NCBI GenBank assembly: GCA_038209745.1 | Contig: JBBQXJ010000067.1 | Span: 1 to 26,257, forward strand | DNA: 26,257 bases | From: Verrucomicrobiota bacterium | Lineage (GTDB): Bacteria > Verrucomicrobiota > Verrucomicrobiia > Limisphaerales > CANJSG01 | Direction: 5' to 3' | Shown here: piece after piece, positions 17,757 to 26,257 of the stretch | Layout of the letters: each line of letters starts with the position of its first letter | Numbering within the stretch: position 1 is the first letter of the stretch | Program-made: the position numbers and the translations under genes | Notes under the pieces: model-generated | Told to the model about the DNA's origin: nothing | Databases searched by the model: none | The model's input: only the letters and a program-made list of their open reading frames with translations

Positions 17757-18377
17757 GTGAACGACATCTGCGCAACCGAATTCCAGACCGTGGCCGACGG
17801 CGTCTTCGTCTGGTCCTGCTATTCGGAGCAAAACAAGGTGGAGCTGACCTCCACCGCCGTGCTCCACAAGGGCTACATCTACGTCTTCGATCCCATCCCC
17901 CTCGCCGGAGGCCCGATGCGCGAACTCGAATCCATGGGACGTCCCTGGATCATCATCCTGACGAACGAAAACCACGCCCGCGCCACCCTCGACTTCAAAC
18001 GCCGCTGGCAGACCTCCGTCATCACCGACGTCCGCTGCGACGTCGATGTTCCCGACATCCAGCGCTTCGCCAAGAACCAGGAGCGATGGGAGGACTGGAC
18101 CCTGATCAAGCTCACCGGCGCGGTCCGGGGCGAACTCGCCTTCTACCTCAAGCCCCGCAATCTCCTCATCATCGGCGACGCCCTCTTCAACCTCCCGGAC
18201 AAGGGAGGCTTCCAGATCCTGCCCGACCGCTACTGCGAAGATCCCGCCACCCTCCAGCGCAGCCTCCGCCAACTCGTCGACCTCAACGTGAAGTGCCTCG
18301 TCATGGCCCACGGCCAGCCCATCACCGACCAACCCCGCCAACGCCTGCGCGAACTGCTCGGCCCGGCCAAGAAATAG
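17757..18377 (+). CDS. Metallo-beta-lactamase-fold protein with a degenerate metal motif
   Basis: VFDP, IILTNENHAR (in place of THxHxDH), LIIGDAL and VMAHG; host codon bias. Confidence 0.75.
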   Translation: MNDICATEFQTVADGVFVWSCYSEQNKVELTSTAVLHKGYIYVFDPIPLAGGPMRELESMGRPWIIILTNENHARATLDFKRRWQTSVITDVRCDVDVPDIQRFAKNQERWEDWTLIKLTGAVRGELAFYLKPRNLLIIGDALFNLPDKGGFQILPDRYCEDPATLQRSLRQLVDLNVKCLVMAHGQPITDQPRQRLRELLGPAKK

Positions 18378-18433
18378 CGGCGAGAGGGAGCTCGTCGCGC
18401 TTCCAAGAGGTAGATCTAAAGCCCCCAGGGCAG

Positions 18434-18530
18434 CCCACCCCGGACCCCTCCCGGGAGGGAAACTCGTGCAACGCGGGTGAAGGTCTTCGCTGATGCGAAG
18501 AATCCCCTCCTGGGAGGGGCAAGGGGTGGG
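18434..18530. repeat. Inverted pair of ~28-bp CCCACCCC..CCCCTCCC.GGAGGGG REP-like elements
   Basis: cccaccccggacccctcccgggagggaa (18434-18461) matches the reverse complement of 18503-18530 (cccaccccttgcccctcccaggagggga). Each copy has its own ccctcc/ggaggg hairpin. Confidence 0.85.
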
Positions 18531-18639
18531 TTCTTCGGACGTTCAGAGTTCAACGTGGCGCCCCGGGGCGTTCCATGTTTTCTCCCATTCCCCCCATTCC
18601 CCCGCTTGCAGTCCCCTGCTCGCTGCCTACCCTCTCGCA

Positions 18640-18900
18640 ATGGCCAACCCCGCCAAAAAGAAAGCCGTCATGGTCGGCGTCGGACTCGACTCCGACGGCC
18701 ACAAGCGCCTCACCCAAGGACCCAACTTCGTCCTCGCCGGAGGCTCCAAGAACACGCATGAGGAGATGACGGAGAAGGCCATCAAGATCAACGAGAAGCT
18801 CAAGGCCAAGGGCAAGGAACTCCACGAAGTCAGCCGCGACGAGTTCGACGACATCGCCCACGCCGTGGGGCTGAAGCGGCACAAGCCGGAGAGCAACTAG
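18640..18900 (+). CDS. Small conserved hypothetical protein (86 aa)
   Basis: MANPAKKKAVMVGVGLDSDGHKRLTQGPNFVLAGGS...HEEMTEKAIKINEKL, with very strong host codon bias. Confidence 0.8.
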   Translation: MANPAKKKAVMVGVGLDSDGHKRLTQGPNFVLAGGSKNTHEEMTEKAIKINEKLKAKGKELHEVSRDEFDDIAHAVGLKRHKPESN

Positions 18901-19009
18901 GAAACGAGGCGTGATGCTTCAGGACGTCGCAGAACTGGAAACTGTGTCGCATTCTAACTTCTAGGGTGGAAACGCTAGGATTCGAAGACACCATTCGTTT
19001 GATCCAACT

Positions 19010-20413
19010 TTGAAAACCGTCCTCCACTGGTTCCGCCGCGACCTCCGCGTCATCGACAACACCGCGCTCTTCCAGGCCGCACAGTCGGCCGAGCGCGTGA
19101 TTCCCGTGTTCGTGTTGGAAGACTCGTTCCGCACCGGACGCGATGTCGGCGGCATCCGCGTTTCCTTCCTTCTGCGTTCGCTGGAGAGCTTGGCCAAGAA
19201 CCTGGAGACGCTCGGCTACAAACTCATCGTCCGCAGCGGCCGGTCCGAGGACGTCATTCCCCAACTCGCGAAGGAGGCCGGCGCCCAGGCGGTCTTCACC
19301 AACAACCGTTACGAGCCCTACGCCCAGGCCCGCGACCGGTGCGTCCGCGAGAACCTCCGTGGCATCGGCGTCGAGCTGCGCGTGTTCAAGGACGCCGTCG
19401 TCTGGGAGGAAAAGGAGATCCTGACGAAGTCCGACCAGCCCTACACCGTCTTCACTCCATATTCCAAAACCTGGAAACTGAAACCCGTCCCGCCACCGTG
19501 GCCCAAGCTGGCCCCGGCCAAGTCGCCCGCCCCCAACCTCGCTTCGGAACCCCTCTTCACCGATCCCGCGCGGCTCGGTCATCCCACGTCGCAGGAGCTT
19601 TGGCCCGCCGGTGAGAAAGCCGCCCGGGAATCGTTGGACCAGTTCCTCCAAGCCGCCGCATACCGTTACGCCGAGGGCCGAAACTTCCCAGCGCATCTAA
19701 GCACCTCCCGGCTGTCGCCGCATCTCCGCGCCGGCACCATCGGCATCCGCACCGTTCTCCAGCGCGTGAACGCCCTCCGCGCCGACGCCGACGCCGCGCA
19801 GTTGAAGAGCCTCGACACCTATGTGAGCGAGCTGGTCTGGCGCGAGTTCTACCTCCAGATCCTGCACAACTTCCCGCACGTCATGCGCGGCGCGTTCCGC
19901 CCGGAATACGACGCGCTGGAATGGTCCGGCACCGACGACCAGTTCCAGGCCTGGTGCGCCGGCCAGACGGGCTACCCGATCGTCGATGCCGCCATGCGCT
20001 GCCTCAACGCGACCGGCTGGATGCACAACCGGCTCCGCATGATCGTGGCCATGTTTCTGACCAAGGATCTGCTGGTCAATTGGCAGCGCGGCGAACGGTA
20101 TTTCATGGAGCAGCTGGTCGATGGCGACATGGCGGCGAACAACGGCGGTTGGCAATGGAGCGCCGGCACCGGCACCGACGCGGCTCCCTACTTCCGCATC
20201 TTCAATCCCGTTTCACAGGCCGAGAAGTTCGACCCCGACGGCGCGTTCGTCCGCCAATGGCTGCCCGAACTCAGCGGCCTCCCGGCGGACCTGATCCATC
20301 AGCCCTGGGAAAACCCGCTCCTCCTGTCGCGCTCGAAGTATGTGGAGCGGATCGTCCGCCACGACGTGCAGCGCGAACGCTGCCTCGCGATGTTCAAGAA
20401 GCTGAAGGGCTGA
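19010..20413 (+). CDS. phrB: Deoxyribodipyrimidine (CPD) photolyase, class I
   Basis: WFRRDLRVIDN, YTVFTPY, TSRLSPHL, ELVWREFY, GQTGYPIVDAAMR, WMHNRLRM, NNGGWQW and PYFRIFNP. TTG start. Confidence 0.95.
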   Translation: MKTVLHWFRRDLRVIDNTALFQAAQSAERVIPVFVLEDSFRTGRDVGGIRVSFLLRSLESLAKNLETLGYKLIVRSGRSEDVIPQLAKEAGAQAVFTNNRYEPYAQARDRCVRENLRGIGVELRVFKDAVVWEEKEILTKSDQPYTVFTPYSKTWKLKPVPPPWPKLAPAKSPAPNLASEPLFTDPARLGHPTSQELWPAGEKAARESLDQFLQAAAYRYAEGRNFPAHLSTSRLSPHLRAGTIGIRTVLQRVNALRADADAAQLKSLDTYVSELVWREFYLQILHNFPHVMRGAFRPEYDALEWSGTDDQFQAWCAGQTGYPIVDAAMRCLNATGWMHNRLRMIVAMFLTKDLLVNWQRGERYFMEQLVDGDMAANNGGWQWSAGTGTDAAPYFRIFNPVSQAEKFDPDGAFVRQWLPELSGLPADLIHQPWENPLLLSRSKYVERIVRHDVQRERCLAMFKKLKG

Positions 20414-20586
20414 CCCGCAACAGGCCCCGTTTCTCCCGGCAGGCCGACCGGAAGCCCACACCTCTGAAACCAACCACGGAAGTAAACTGGTTGGATCAAG
20501 GGCACAGTGGGTATTGCCTCGATCGCCCAAGCCAGGGAGTCGATTTGCCACCTGACGGGCCGGAGATTTGCGGGAATGGTCCACCC

Positions 20587-22632
20587 ATGTCGCCCAAGGC
20601 TCTCGTCGCTCAATCATCGCGGATCGGTCGCCTGATGGGCGCGCTGCTGCTGACGGGCTGGCTCGCCGGTTGCGCGTCGAAAAGCCCGACGCGCGATCTG
20701 GCCAAGTTCGGCGGCGCGGTGGTGCGACTGCCCGAGAGCGTCCCCGTGCTCCAAGCCGCCAGAAAGGGCATCGTCACGGTGCTGGCGCTGAATTCTTCCG
20801 GAGAGACCGTCGGCTACGGAACGGGCTTCTACATCCAGTCGAACCAGGTCGTCACCTGCCTGCACGTGATCGACGCCGCCAGCGTTCTCCAGATCGTCGG
20901 CGCGGACGGGAAACGCCACTCCGTGCCCGGCGTCTTCGCGGCGGAACTCACGGTCGACGCCGCCGTTCTCTGGGTGACCAACGCCCCTCCCGTTGGAGGC
21001 ATCCTGGCGATCCGCACCACGCCCGCGGTCATCGGCGAAAAGGCCTACGCGCTCGGCGCCCCCGAGACGCTCGCAATCAAACAGTCCGAGGGTGAAGTCC
21101 TTCGGGTGCTCGATCTCGGCACCCAGACGCTCGTCAGCTCGCTGGTTCTGACCGTGCCGGTCGTGCCCGGCTTTAGCGGCGGGCCGGTGCTGGACCGCGA
21201 CGGCCGGGTCATCGGGATCACCGGCGCCATTTCCGGAACGGCCAAAAACCGCTACAGCATCGCCATCCCCATCGAACTGGTCGAACCGCTCCGTGAACCG
21301 GAACCCGTGAGCTTTGCGCGCTGGAGAAAGTCGTTCCCCGCGCCTCCCTTCCCCGCGTTCGTCGAGGCGACCAAGGGCGAACGGATCGTGACCGAGGAGC
21401 CAAAGGCCGCGCTTGAACATTTCGAGCGGGCCATCGCGATTGCCCCGGACTACACCCGCGCCTGGATCCAAAAGGCCTCCTGTCTTCTCCGCCTCGGCCA
21501 GATGGATCCTGCGGAAAAAGCCTACGCCAGGGCAGCGGCGCTTTCGCCCGCCCTGCCCGTCCCGCGACTGATGCGCGCCCTTTGCCTGCACAAGCTCGGC
21601 CGCCTCGACGAGGCGCAGGCGGAGCTGCGTGAAGTGATCCGGATCCAGCCGCGCTCGGCCCAACCTCGGCTCATGCTGGTCTCGGTCTGCCTGGAGCTGC
21701 GCGACTTCCAACAGGCGCTTCGGGCCGCGCGCCAAGCGGTCGCCCTCGCGCCCAACAAGGCCCAAGGCCATATCGCGCTTGGAACGATCCTGAACCGGAT
21801 CGGTGAACCGGCGGGCGCCCTTGGCTCCTTCCAAACCGCCGCCAAGCTCGCTCCGGCCGGGCCTGCTCTCTGGGGAGAGATCGCCGCGTTGGAGCTCGAA
21901 CTCGGCCAGGACGAAGCCGCCCGCGAGGCCTGTGATCAGGCCCTCGCCCTCCCGGATTCGAGCACCGCCCGCGGCTCCCGTTATCTGCGCGCGCTCGTCG
22001 CCCTCCGGGCCCACGACACCGCAACCGCGACGGCGTCGTTCCAGCAGGTGATGGCCGACGAAATCCTGGGTGCAAAGCAGGCCGATCTTCCGACCGGTGC
22101 CATCGAAGCTCTCGGGGTCCTGCGATCCCGCGGCGTGGAGGATGCGGGCGTCCACCGGGAGATGGGCGGCTACTTCGTGAGAACCGGCCGCATGAAAGAG
22201 GCGCGCGCCGCCCTGGAACAGGCCGCGCGGATGGAGCCCCGAGATCCGCGATCCTGGGCGGGAGTGGCCCAGCTGTGCGCCACCGATTGGCGCGACGAAC
22301 GGGCCGAAGAAACGGCGCTGCACGCCATCGCATTGAACGGCGGGGAACGATTCGCCCACCAGTCGCTCGGGGCGGCCTACGCCCTGAGAGGACGCCTCGA
22401 AGAGGCTCGCCGGGAGATGGAGACCGAACTCCGGATCACCGGGCCGAACGCGAACACGTTCCTCGCCCTGGCCGCCATCGAATCGCGGGCCGGCCGGCCG
22501 GCGAGCTCAAAATCTTGGCTGGAAAAGGCGCGTTCGCTCGATGGCGGACTGGTCGCCAAATTCGAGAAGCGGATCGGGAGCTTCCTGCCGGATGCGCGTC
22601 CGATCCGGGCGGAGGCCAAGACCGAGAATTGA
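20587..22632 (+). CDS. Lipoprotein: trypsin-like serine protease plus TPR repeats
   Basis: Lipobox WLAG|C; GTGFYI, VTCLHV (His), DAAVL (Asp) and PGFSGGP (Ser); then many TPR-like helical pairs. Start ATG is 20587 (or 20635). Confidence 0.88.
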   Translation: MSPKALVAQSSRIGRLMGALLLTGWLAGCASKSPTRDLAKFGGAVVRLPESVPVLQAARKGIVTVLALNSSGETVGYGTGFYIQSNQVVTCLHVIDAASVLQIVGADGKRHSVPGVFAAELTVDAAVLWVTNAPPVGGILAIRTTPAVIGEKAYALGAPETLAIKQSEGEVLRVLDLGTQTLVSSLVLTVPVVPGFSGGPVLDRDGRVIGITGAISGTAKNRYSIAIPIELVEPLREPEPVSFARWRKSFPAPPFPAFVEATKGERIVTEEPKAALEHFERAIAIAPDYTRAWIQKASCLLRLGQMDPAEKAYARAAALSPALPVPRLMRALCLHKLGRLDEAQAELREVIRIQPRSAQPRLMLVSVCLELRDFQQALRAARQAVALAPNKAQGHIALGTILNRIGEPAGALGSFQTAAKLAPAGPALWGEIAALELELGQDEAAREACDQALALPDSSTARGSRYLRALVALRAHDTATATASFQQVMADEILGAKQADLPTGAIEALGVLRSRGVEDAGVHREMGGYFVRTGRMKEARAALEQAARMEPRDPRSWAGVAQLCATDWRDERAEETALHAIALNGGERFAHQSLGAAYALRGRLEEARREMETELRITGPNANTFLALAAIESRAGRPASSKSWLEKARSLDGGLVAKFEKRIGSFLPDARPIRAEAKTEN

Positions 22633-22641
22633 CGTCCCTGG

Positions 22642-23706
22642 TCAGGACTGTCCCTGCGAGATCTTCCCCAGCTCCGCGTGGCCGAAGCGCAGCATCCGCT
22701 CGGTGGTCTCCCAGTTGATGCAGGCGTCGGTCAGGGAGACGCCGTATTTCAGATCGGCGGGCGTGACGGGCATGGGCTGGTTGCCCTCGTGGAGATTGCT
22801 TTCGACCATCACGCCGGTGAGGGCCGTGTTGCCGGCCACCCGTTGGGCGATGACGCTTTGCCAGACCTCTTCCTGCTTCGCGTGTTCCTTGCCGGAGTTG
22901 GCGTGGCTGCAGTCCACCATCAGCGCCTCGGGCAGTCCCTGTTTGCGGAGCTGGAGGCTGGCGTCCGCGATGCTCGCCGGATCGTAGTTGGTCCGGCCCC
23001 GGCCGCCGCGCAGCACGACATGGCCGCAGGCGTTGCCCGTCGTCCGGATGATGCTGGTGACGCCGTCCTCGTCGATGCCGAGAAAGCTGTGGGGCGAACG
23101 CGCCGCCTGCATCGCGTCGATCGCGATCTGGAGGCCGCCGTCGGTGCCGTTCTTGAAGCCGACGGGCACGGAGAGGCCGCTGGCCATCTCGCGATGGGTC
23201 TGGCTCTCGGTCGTGCGGGCTCCGACCGCCGCCCAGGAGATCAGGTCGTCGAAATACTGCGGGGAAATGGGATCAAGGAACTCGGTGCCGGCGGGCAGCC
23301 CGAGCGCGTTGACGTCGAGCAGGATTTTTCGGGCCAGTTCGAGACCGGCCTGGATGTCGCACGAGCCGTCGAGGCGCGGATCGTTGATCAATCCCTTCCA
23401 GCCGATCGTGGTGCGCGGTTTCTCGAAGTAGACCCGCATGACGAGCAGCATCCGGTCGGAGAGTTCGCGGCTTAGATCTGCCAGCCGCCGGGCGTAGTCG
23501 ATGGCGGCGACCGGGTCATGGATGGAGCAGGGTCCGATCACGACCAACAGCCGGGGATCCTCGCGCATGAGGATGCGGGTGATCGCGGTGCGGGACTCGA
23601 TCACGGTGGCGGCTCCGGCTTCAGGAAGCGGCGATCCAGCTTTCACCGTCCGCGGCGTTTCGAGCGGCACGGCTTCTCGCACCCTTAGATTGATCGTCTG
23701 CTGCAT
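22642..23706 (-). CDS. aroG: 3-deoxy-7-phosphoheptulonate (DAHP) synthase, class I-alpha (isoenzyme specificity not determinable)
   Basis: IGPCSIHD, RVYFEKPRTTIGWKGLINDP, GARTTESQTHREMASGLS, VDCSHANS and YGVSLTDACI. Confidence 0.95.
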   Translation of the reverse strand: MQQTINLRVREAVPLETPRTVKAGSPLPEAGAATVIESRTAITRILMREDPRLLVVIGPCSIHDPVAAIDYARRLADLSRELSDRMLLVMRVYFEKPRTTIGWKGLINDPRLDGSCDIQAGLELARKILLDVNALGLPAGTEFLDPISPQYFDDLISWAAVGARTTESQTHREMASGLSVPVGFKNGTDGGLQIAIDAMQAARSPHSFLGIDEDGVTSIIRTTGNACGHVVLRGGRGRTNYDPASIADASLQLRKQGLPEALMVDCSHANSGKEHAKQEEVWQSVIAQRVAGNTALTGVMVESNLHEGNQPMPVTPADLKYGVSLTDACINWETTERMLRFGHAELGKISQGQS

Positions 23707-23787
23707 GGTCTGCTCTTCAATGGAGCGCGGACCCTAAGTCTTCCCCGCTTGGAACGTCCAGAGCGGTTTTTGGCGCACGGGATCCGG

Positions 23788-24139
23788 CTGCTCATCACCG
23801 ACTCCACCGGCCACAGCTTCGATCCCTTCGCAGCGGGTTCGACGCGCCCGTCAATGTCGTGCTTTCCACCACCAATTCCGGGACCTTCATCCGCTCCACC
23901 AAGGACGGAACGGAAGCCACCATCTCGACCGGCCCGTTCTATTCCGGCCAAGTGGTCATCAGCCACGGCACCACCCTCCTGGCGTTCGCCTTCGGAACGG
24001 GAATCCTTCGGTCGCGGGTCAGACCCGCACCCATTTCTTCATGGAGGACGTGCAGGCCCAGCCGAACAATCCAGCGGGCTTCCCCACCACTTGGGGTTCC
24101 AACGGCGCCTTCCCCAACGGCACCGTGCCGGCGCACTAG
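23788..24139 (+). pseudogene. Frameshifted relic of an Fn3-associated (chitobiase C-terminal-like) domain from a CotH/lamin-tail-type protein
   Basis: From 23838: FDAPVNVVLSTTNSGTFIRSTKDGTEAT...YSGQVVISHGTTLLAFAF, resembling 'IRYTxDGxxP...Y..PI.I..TT.LRA.AF'. After a frameshift near 24020: QTRTHFFMEDVQAQPNNPAGFPTTWG...VPAH*. No start is evident. Confidence 0.65.
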
Positions 24140-24175
24140 CCTTCGAACGGAAAGGCTCCTGAGCGGAAACTTTCG

Positions 24176-24985
24176 TCAAACTTCGATCCGGCCTTCGAAG
24201 ACGAACGTCGCCGGGCCTGTCAGCTTCACCTCGCCGAACGCCCCGTTCGTCTCGCTGAAGCTGACTTCCATCATATCTCCGCCCTGCACCTGGACCTTCA
24301 CCGGCGACTTGAATCCCTTGAGCTTGGCCGAGATCAGGGCCGCCGCGGTCACGCCCGTGCCGCAGGCCAGAGTCTCGCCCTCCACGCCACGCTCGTAGGT
24401 GCGCACCCGGATGAAGTCTGGCCCCTTCACCTGGACGAAGTTCACGTTGGTCCCGCGCGGCTTGAAGTGCGCGTGATAGCGAACCTCGGAGCCCATCGTG
24501 CCGACCATGGCCTTGTCCGCGTCGTCCACGTAGACGATCGCGTGGGGCACGCCGGTGTCGAGCGAATGGATGGGCGTCGGGCCCTGGGTGAGCGGAACGG
24601 TTTCGTTCAGCCGCAGGCCCTGCGGCGCGGTGAGGTTCACCGTCACCCGGTCGCCGTCGAAGGTCGCCCGGATGACTCCGGCAATGGTCTCGAAGCTGAT
24701 GTCGCCCGCCGACCCGGTCAGGCGCTGGATGTAGCGGCCGAAACAGCGGGCGCCGTTGCCGCACATCTCGGCGGCGGACCCGTCGTTGTTGAAGAACTGC
24801 CACGACCAATCCGCCTTGCCCGAAGTGCAGGGCACGAGGCCGATGATGCCGTCCGCGCCGATGCCGAACTGGCGATGGCACAGACGAACGATCCGCTCCG
24901 GGGTCAACGCGATCTTCCCGTCACGGTTGTCGAAGAGGATGAAGTCGTTCCCGGCACCGGACATTTTGGTGAATTCCAATAGCAT
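24176..24985 (-). CDS. dapF: Diaminopimelate epimerase
   Basis: FTKMSGAGNDF, GIGADG, EMCGNGARC, TGVPH, TNVNF and ERGVEGETLACGTG. ATG at 24985. Confidence 0.97.
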   Translation of the reverse strand: MLLEFTKMSGAGNDFILFDNRDGKIALTPERIVRLCHRQFGIGADGIIGLVPCTSGKADWSWQFFNNDGSAAEMCGNGARCFGRYIQRLTGSAGDISFETIAGVIRATFDGDRVTVNLTAPQGLRLNETVPLTQGPTPIHSLDTGVPHAIVYVDDADKAMVGTMGSEVRYHAHFKPRGTNVNFVQVKGPDFIRVRTYERGVEGETLACGTGVTAAALISAKLKGFKSPVKVQVQGGDMMEVSFSETNGAFGEVKLTGPATFVFEGRIEV

Positions 24986-25096
24986 GACTGGGGAACCTAG
25001 GCCGGAGCGGCGGGGCATCAAGACGGATTCGTGCCCGGCGCCGAGGCCGCGTTTCCGCGTCTGGACTCGAATCCCCGATCCGATAGGCTCGCCCGT

Positions 25097-26257
25097 ATGC
25101 CCACGGGCGAACACTCCTCCAGCACCGATCCGATCCAGCCTCCCAGCGAGGCCGCCACCGCCGTTCCCAAGCCCGGACTCGTCGCCCGCATGACCGCCGC
25201 CGCCGAATTGCTGGAGAACATCGCCGCCAACCGCACGCTGCTCGCCGGCATCCCGCCCGAAGTCCGTGGACGTCTGCTCAAGGCCGCCGGCCAAGCGTCC
25301 CAGCCCGATCCCGCCGGCCAGCGCAAGCTCATCAAAGCCCTTCGCCGCGACCGCAAGAACGCCAAGGCGCAGAAGGCCGAATCCGTCCTAAACGAAACCG
25401 GCATCCGCAAGCTTCGCCGCCAAACCGTCTTCACCACGCCCAACTACCTGCCGCCCGCCTCCGGCGCCCAGATCGAGGTGGCCGAGCCCGGTTTCCGCGA
25501 AACGGTCGAAGCGCAGAACTGCTACATCTGCAAGCAGGACTATCAGCAGATCCACCACTTCTACGACCAGCTCTGCCCTGCCTGCGCCGAGCTGAACTAC
25601 CGCAAGCGCGAGGAACTGGCCGACCTCTCGGGCCGCGTCGCCTTGCTCACCGGCGGCCGGGTGAAGATCGGCTACCAGGCCGGGATCAAGCTCCTCCGGG
25701 CGGGTGCGCAGCTCGTCGTCACGACGCGATTCCCGCGGGACGCCGCAGCCCGGTACGCCCGCGAGCCGGACTTCGACGAGTGGGGCGACCGGCTCGAGGT
25801 GTTCGGTCTCGACCTGCGGCACACGCCGAGCGTCGAGGCGTTCTGCGCGCACCTGCGCTCGACGAGGGAGCGGCTCGACTTCATCGTCAACAACGCCTGC
25901 CAGACCGTCCGCCGGCCGGCGGACTTCTACCGGCACATGCTGGAGTCCGAGACCGCGTCGGAGCACACAATGCCCGCCCATGTCCGCGGGCTGCTCGGCG
26001 AGTACGAGGGGCTCCGCCGCGTTGAGATCCTGCCCTCGGGCGTGCCGGCTCTCGCCGGTGCGCCGTCACTCGTCGGGATCACGAACCCGGCCGAGCTCTC
26101 GCAGGTGCCGCTACTGCCCGAGGACCTCGCCGGCTCGGGCGACCTCTTCCCGGAGGGCCGGCTCGACCAGGACCTCCAGCAGGTCGACCTGCGCGAGCGG
26201 AACTCCTGGCGCCTGATGCTCGACGAAGTGTCGTCGGTCGAGCTGCTCGAGACCCAG
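25097..26257 (+). CDS. Extended SDR family oxidoreductase with N-terminal CxxC...CxxC motif; 3'-truncated by the window
   Basis: Not in the ORF track because it has no stop. Open frame from ATG 25097 (or 25190): ...CYICKQDYQQIHHFYDQLCPAC...ADLSGRVALLTGGRVKIGY...LDFIVNNACQT. Confidence 0.88.
   Translation, partial: MPTGEHSSSTDPIQPPSEAATAVPKPGLVARMTAAAELLENIAANRTLLAGIPPEVRGRLLKAAGQASQPDPAGQRKLIKALRRDRKNAKAQKAESVLNETGIRKLRRQTVFTTPNYLPPASGAQIEVAEPGFRETVEAQNCYICKQDYQQIHHFYDQLCPACAELNYRKREELADLSGRVALLTGGRVKIGYQAGIKLLRAGAQLVVTTRFPRDAAARYAREPDFDEWGDRLEVFGLDLRHTPSVEAFCAHLRSTRERLDFIVNNACQTVRRPADFYRHMLESETASEHTMPAHVRGLLGEYEGLRRVEILPSGVPALAGAPSLVGITNPAELSQVPLLPEDLAGSGDLFPEGRLDQDLQQVDLRERNSWRLMLDEVSSVELLETQ

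Noticed and set aside
17673..18341. Upstream extension of the 528-aa minus-strand ORF
   Set aside because: Antisense to the MBL-fold gene; the signal peptide starts after ATG 17672.
8510..20413. Functional link between folA and phrB via the folate antenna chromophore
   Set aside because: They are 10 kb apart with unrelated genes between; no evidence of co-regulation.
19921..20586. N-terminal extension making the protease 903 aa
   Set aside because: It overlaps phrB and is Arg/Pro-rich noise; the lipoprotein signal begins at or after 20587.

Overview
GC-rich bacterial chromosomal segment, most likely Verrucomicrobiota/PVC (inferred from a VPE-type PEP-CTERM protein, an 'S-x-DL-x-x-W...RFYR' C-terminal domain and the palindromic repeat styles). 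Mostly scattered housekeeping genes: beta-carbonic anhydrase, miaE, class V aminotransferase, folA, aldo/keto reductase, recG, CPD photolyase, DAHP synthase, dapF and an SDR running off the right edge. Interspersed are cell-surface genes: a tandem-repeat surface protein running off the left edge, a PEP-CTERM protein, a type IV pilin followed by an O-antigen-ligase/oligosaccharyltransferase-like TPR protein, a DUF5060-like lipoprotein and a trypsin-TPR lipoprotein. No rRNA, tRNA, CRISPR array or transposase was recognised. The most notable items are a probable sigma54-driven pilin plus O-glycosylation module, a lipoprotein that seems to have lost its glycosidase barrel in frame, a candidate C-terminal sorting domain, four distinct REP/MITE-like palindromes and three decayed gene relics. 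All family assignments are motif recognition by eye, not database results. I do not see a clearly new multi-gene system.
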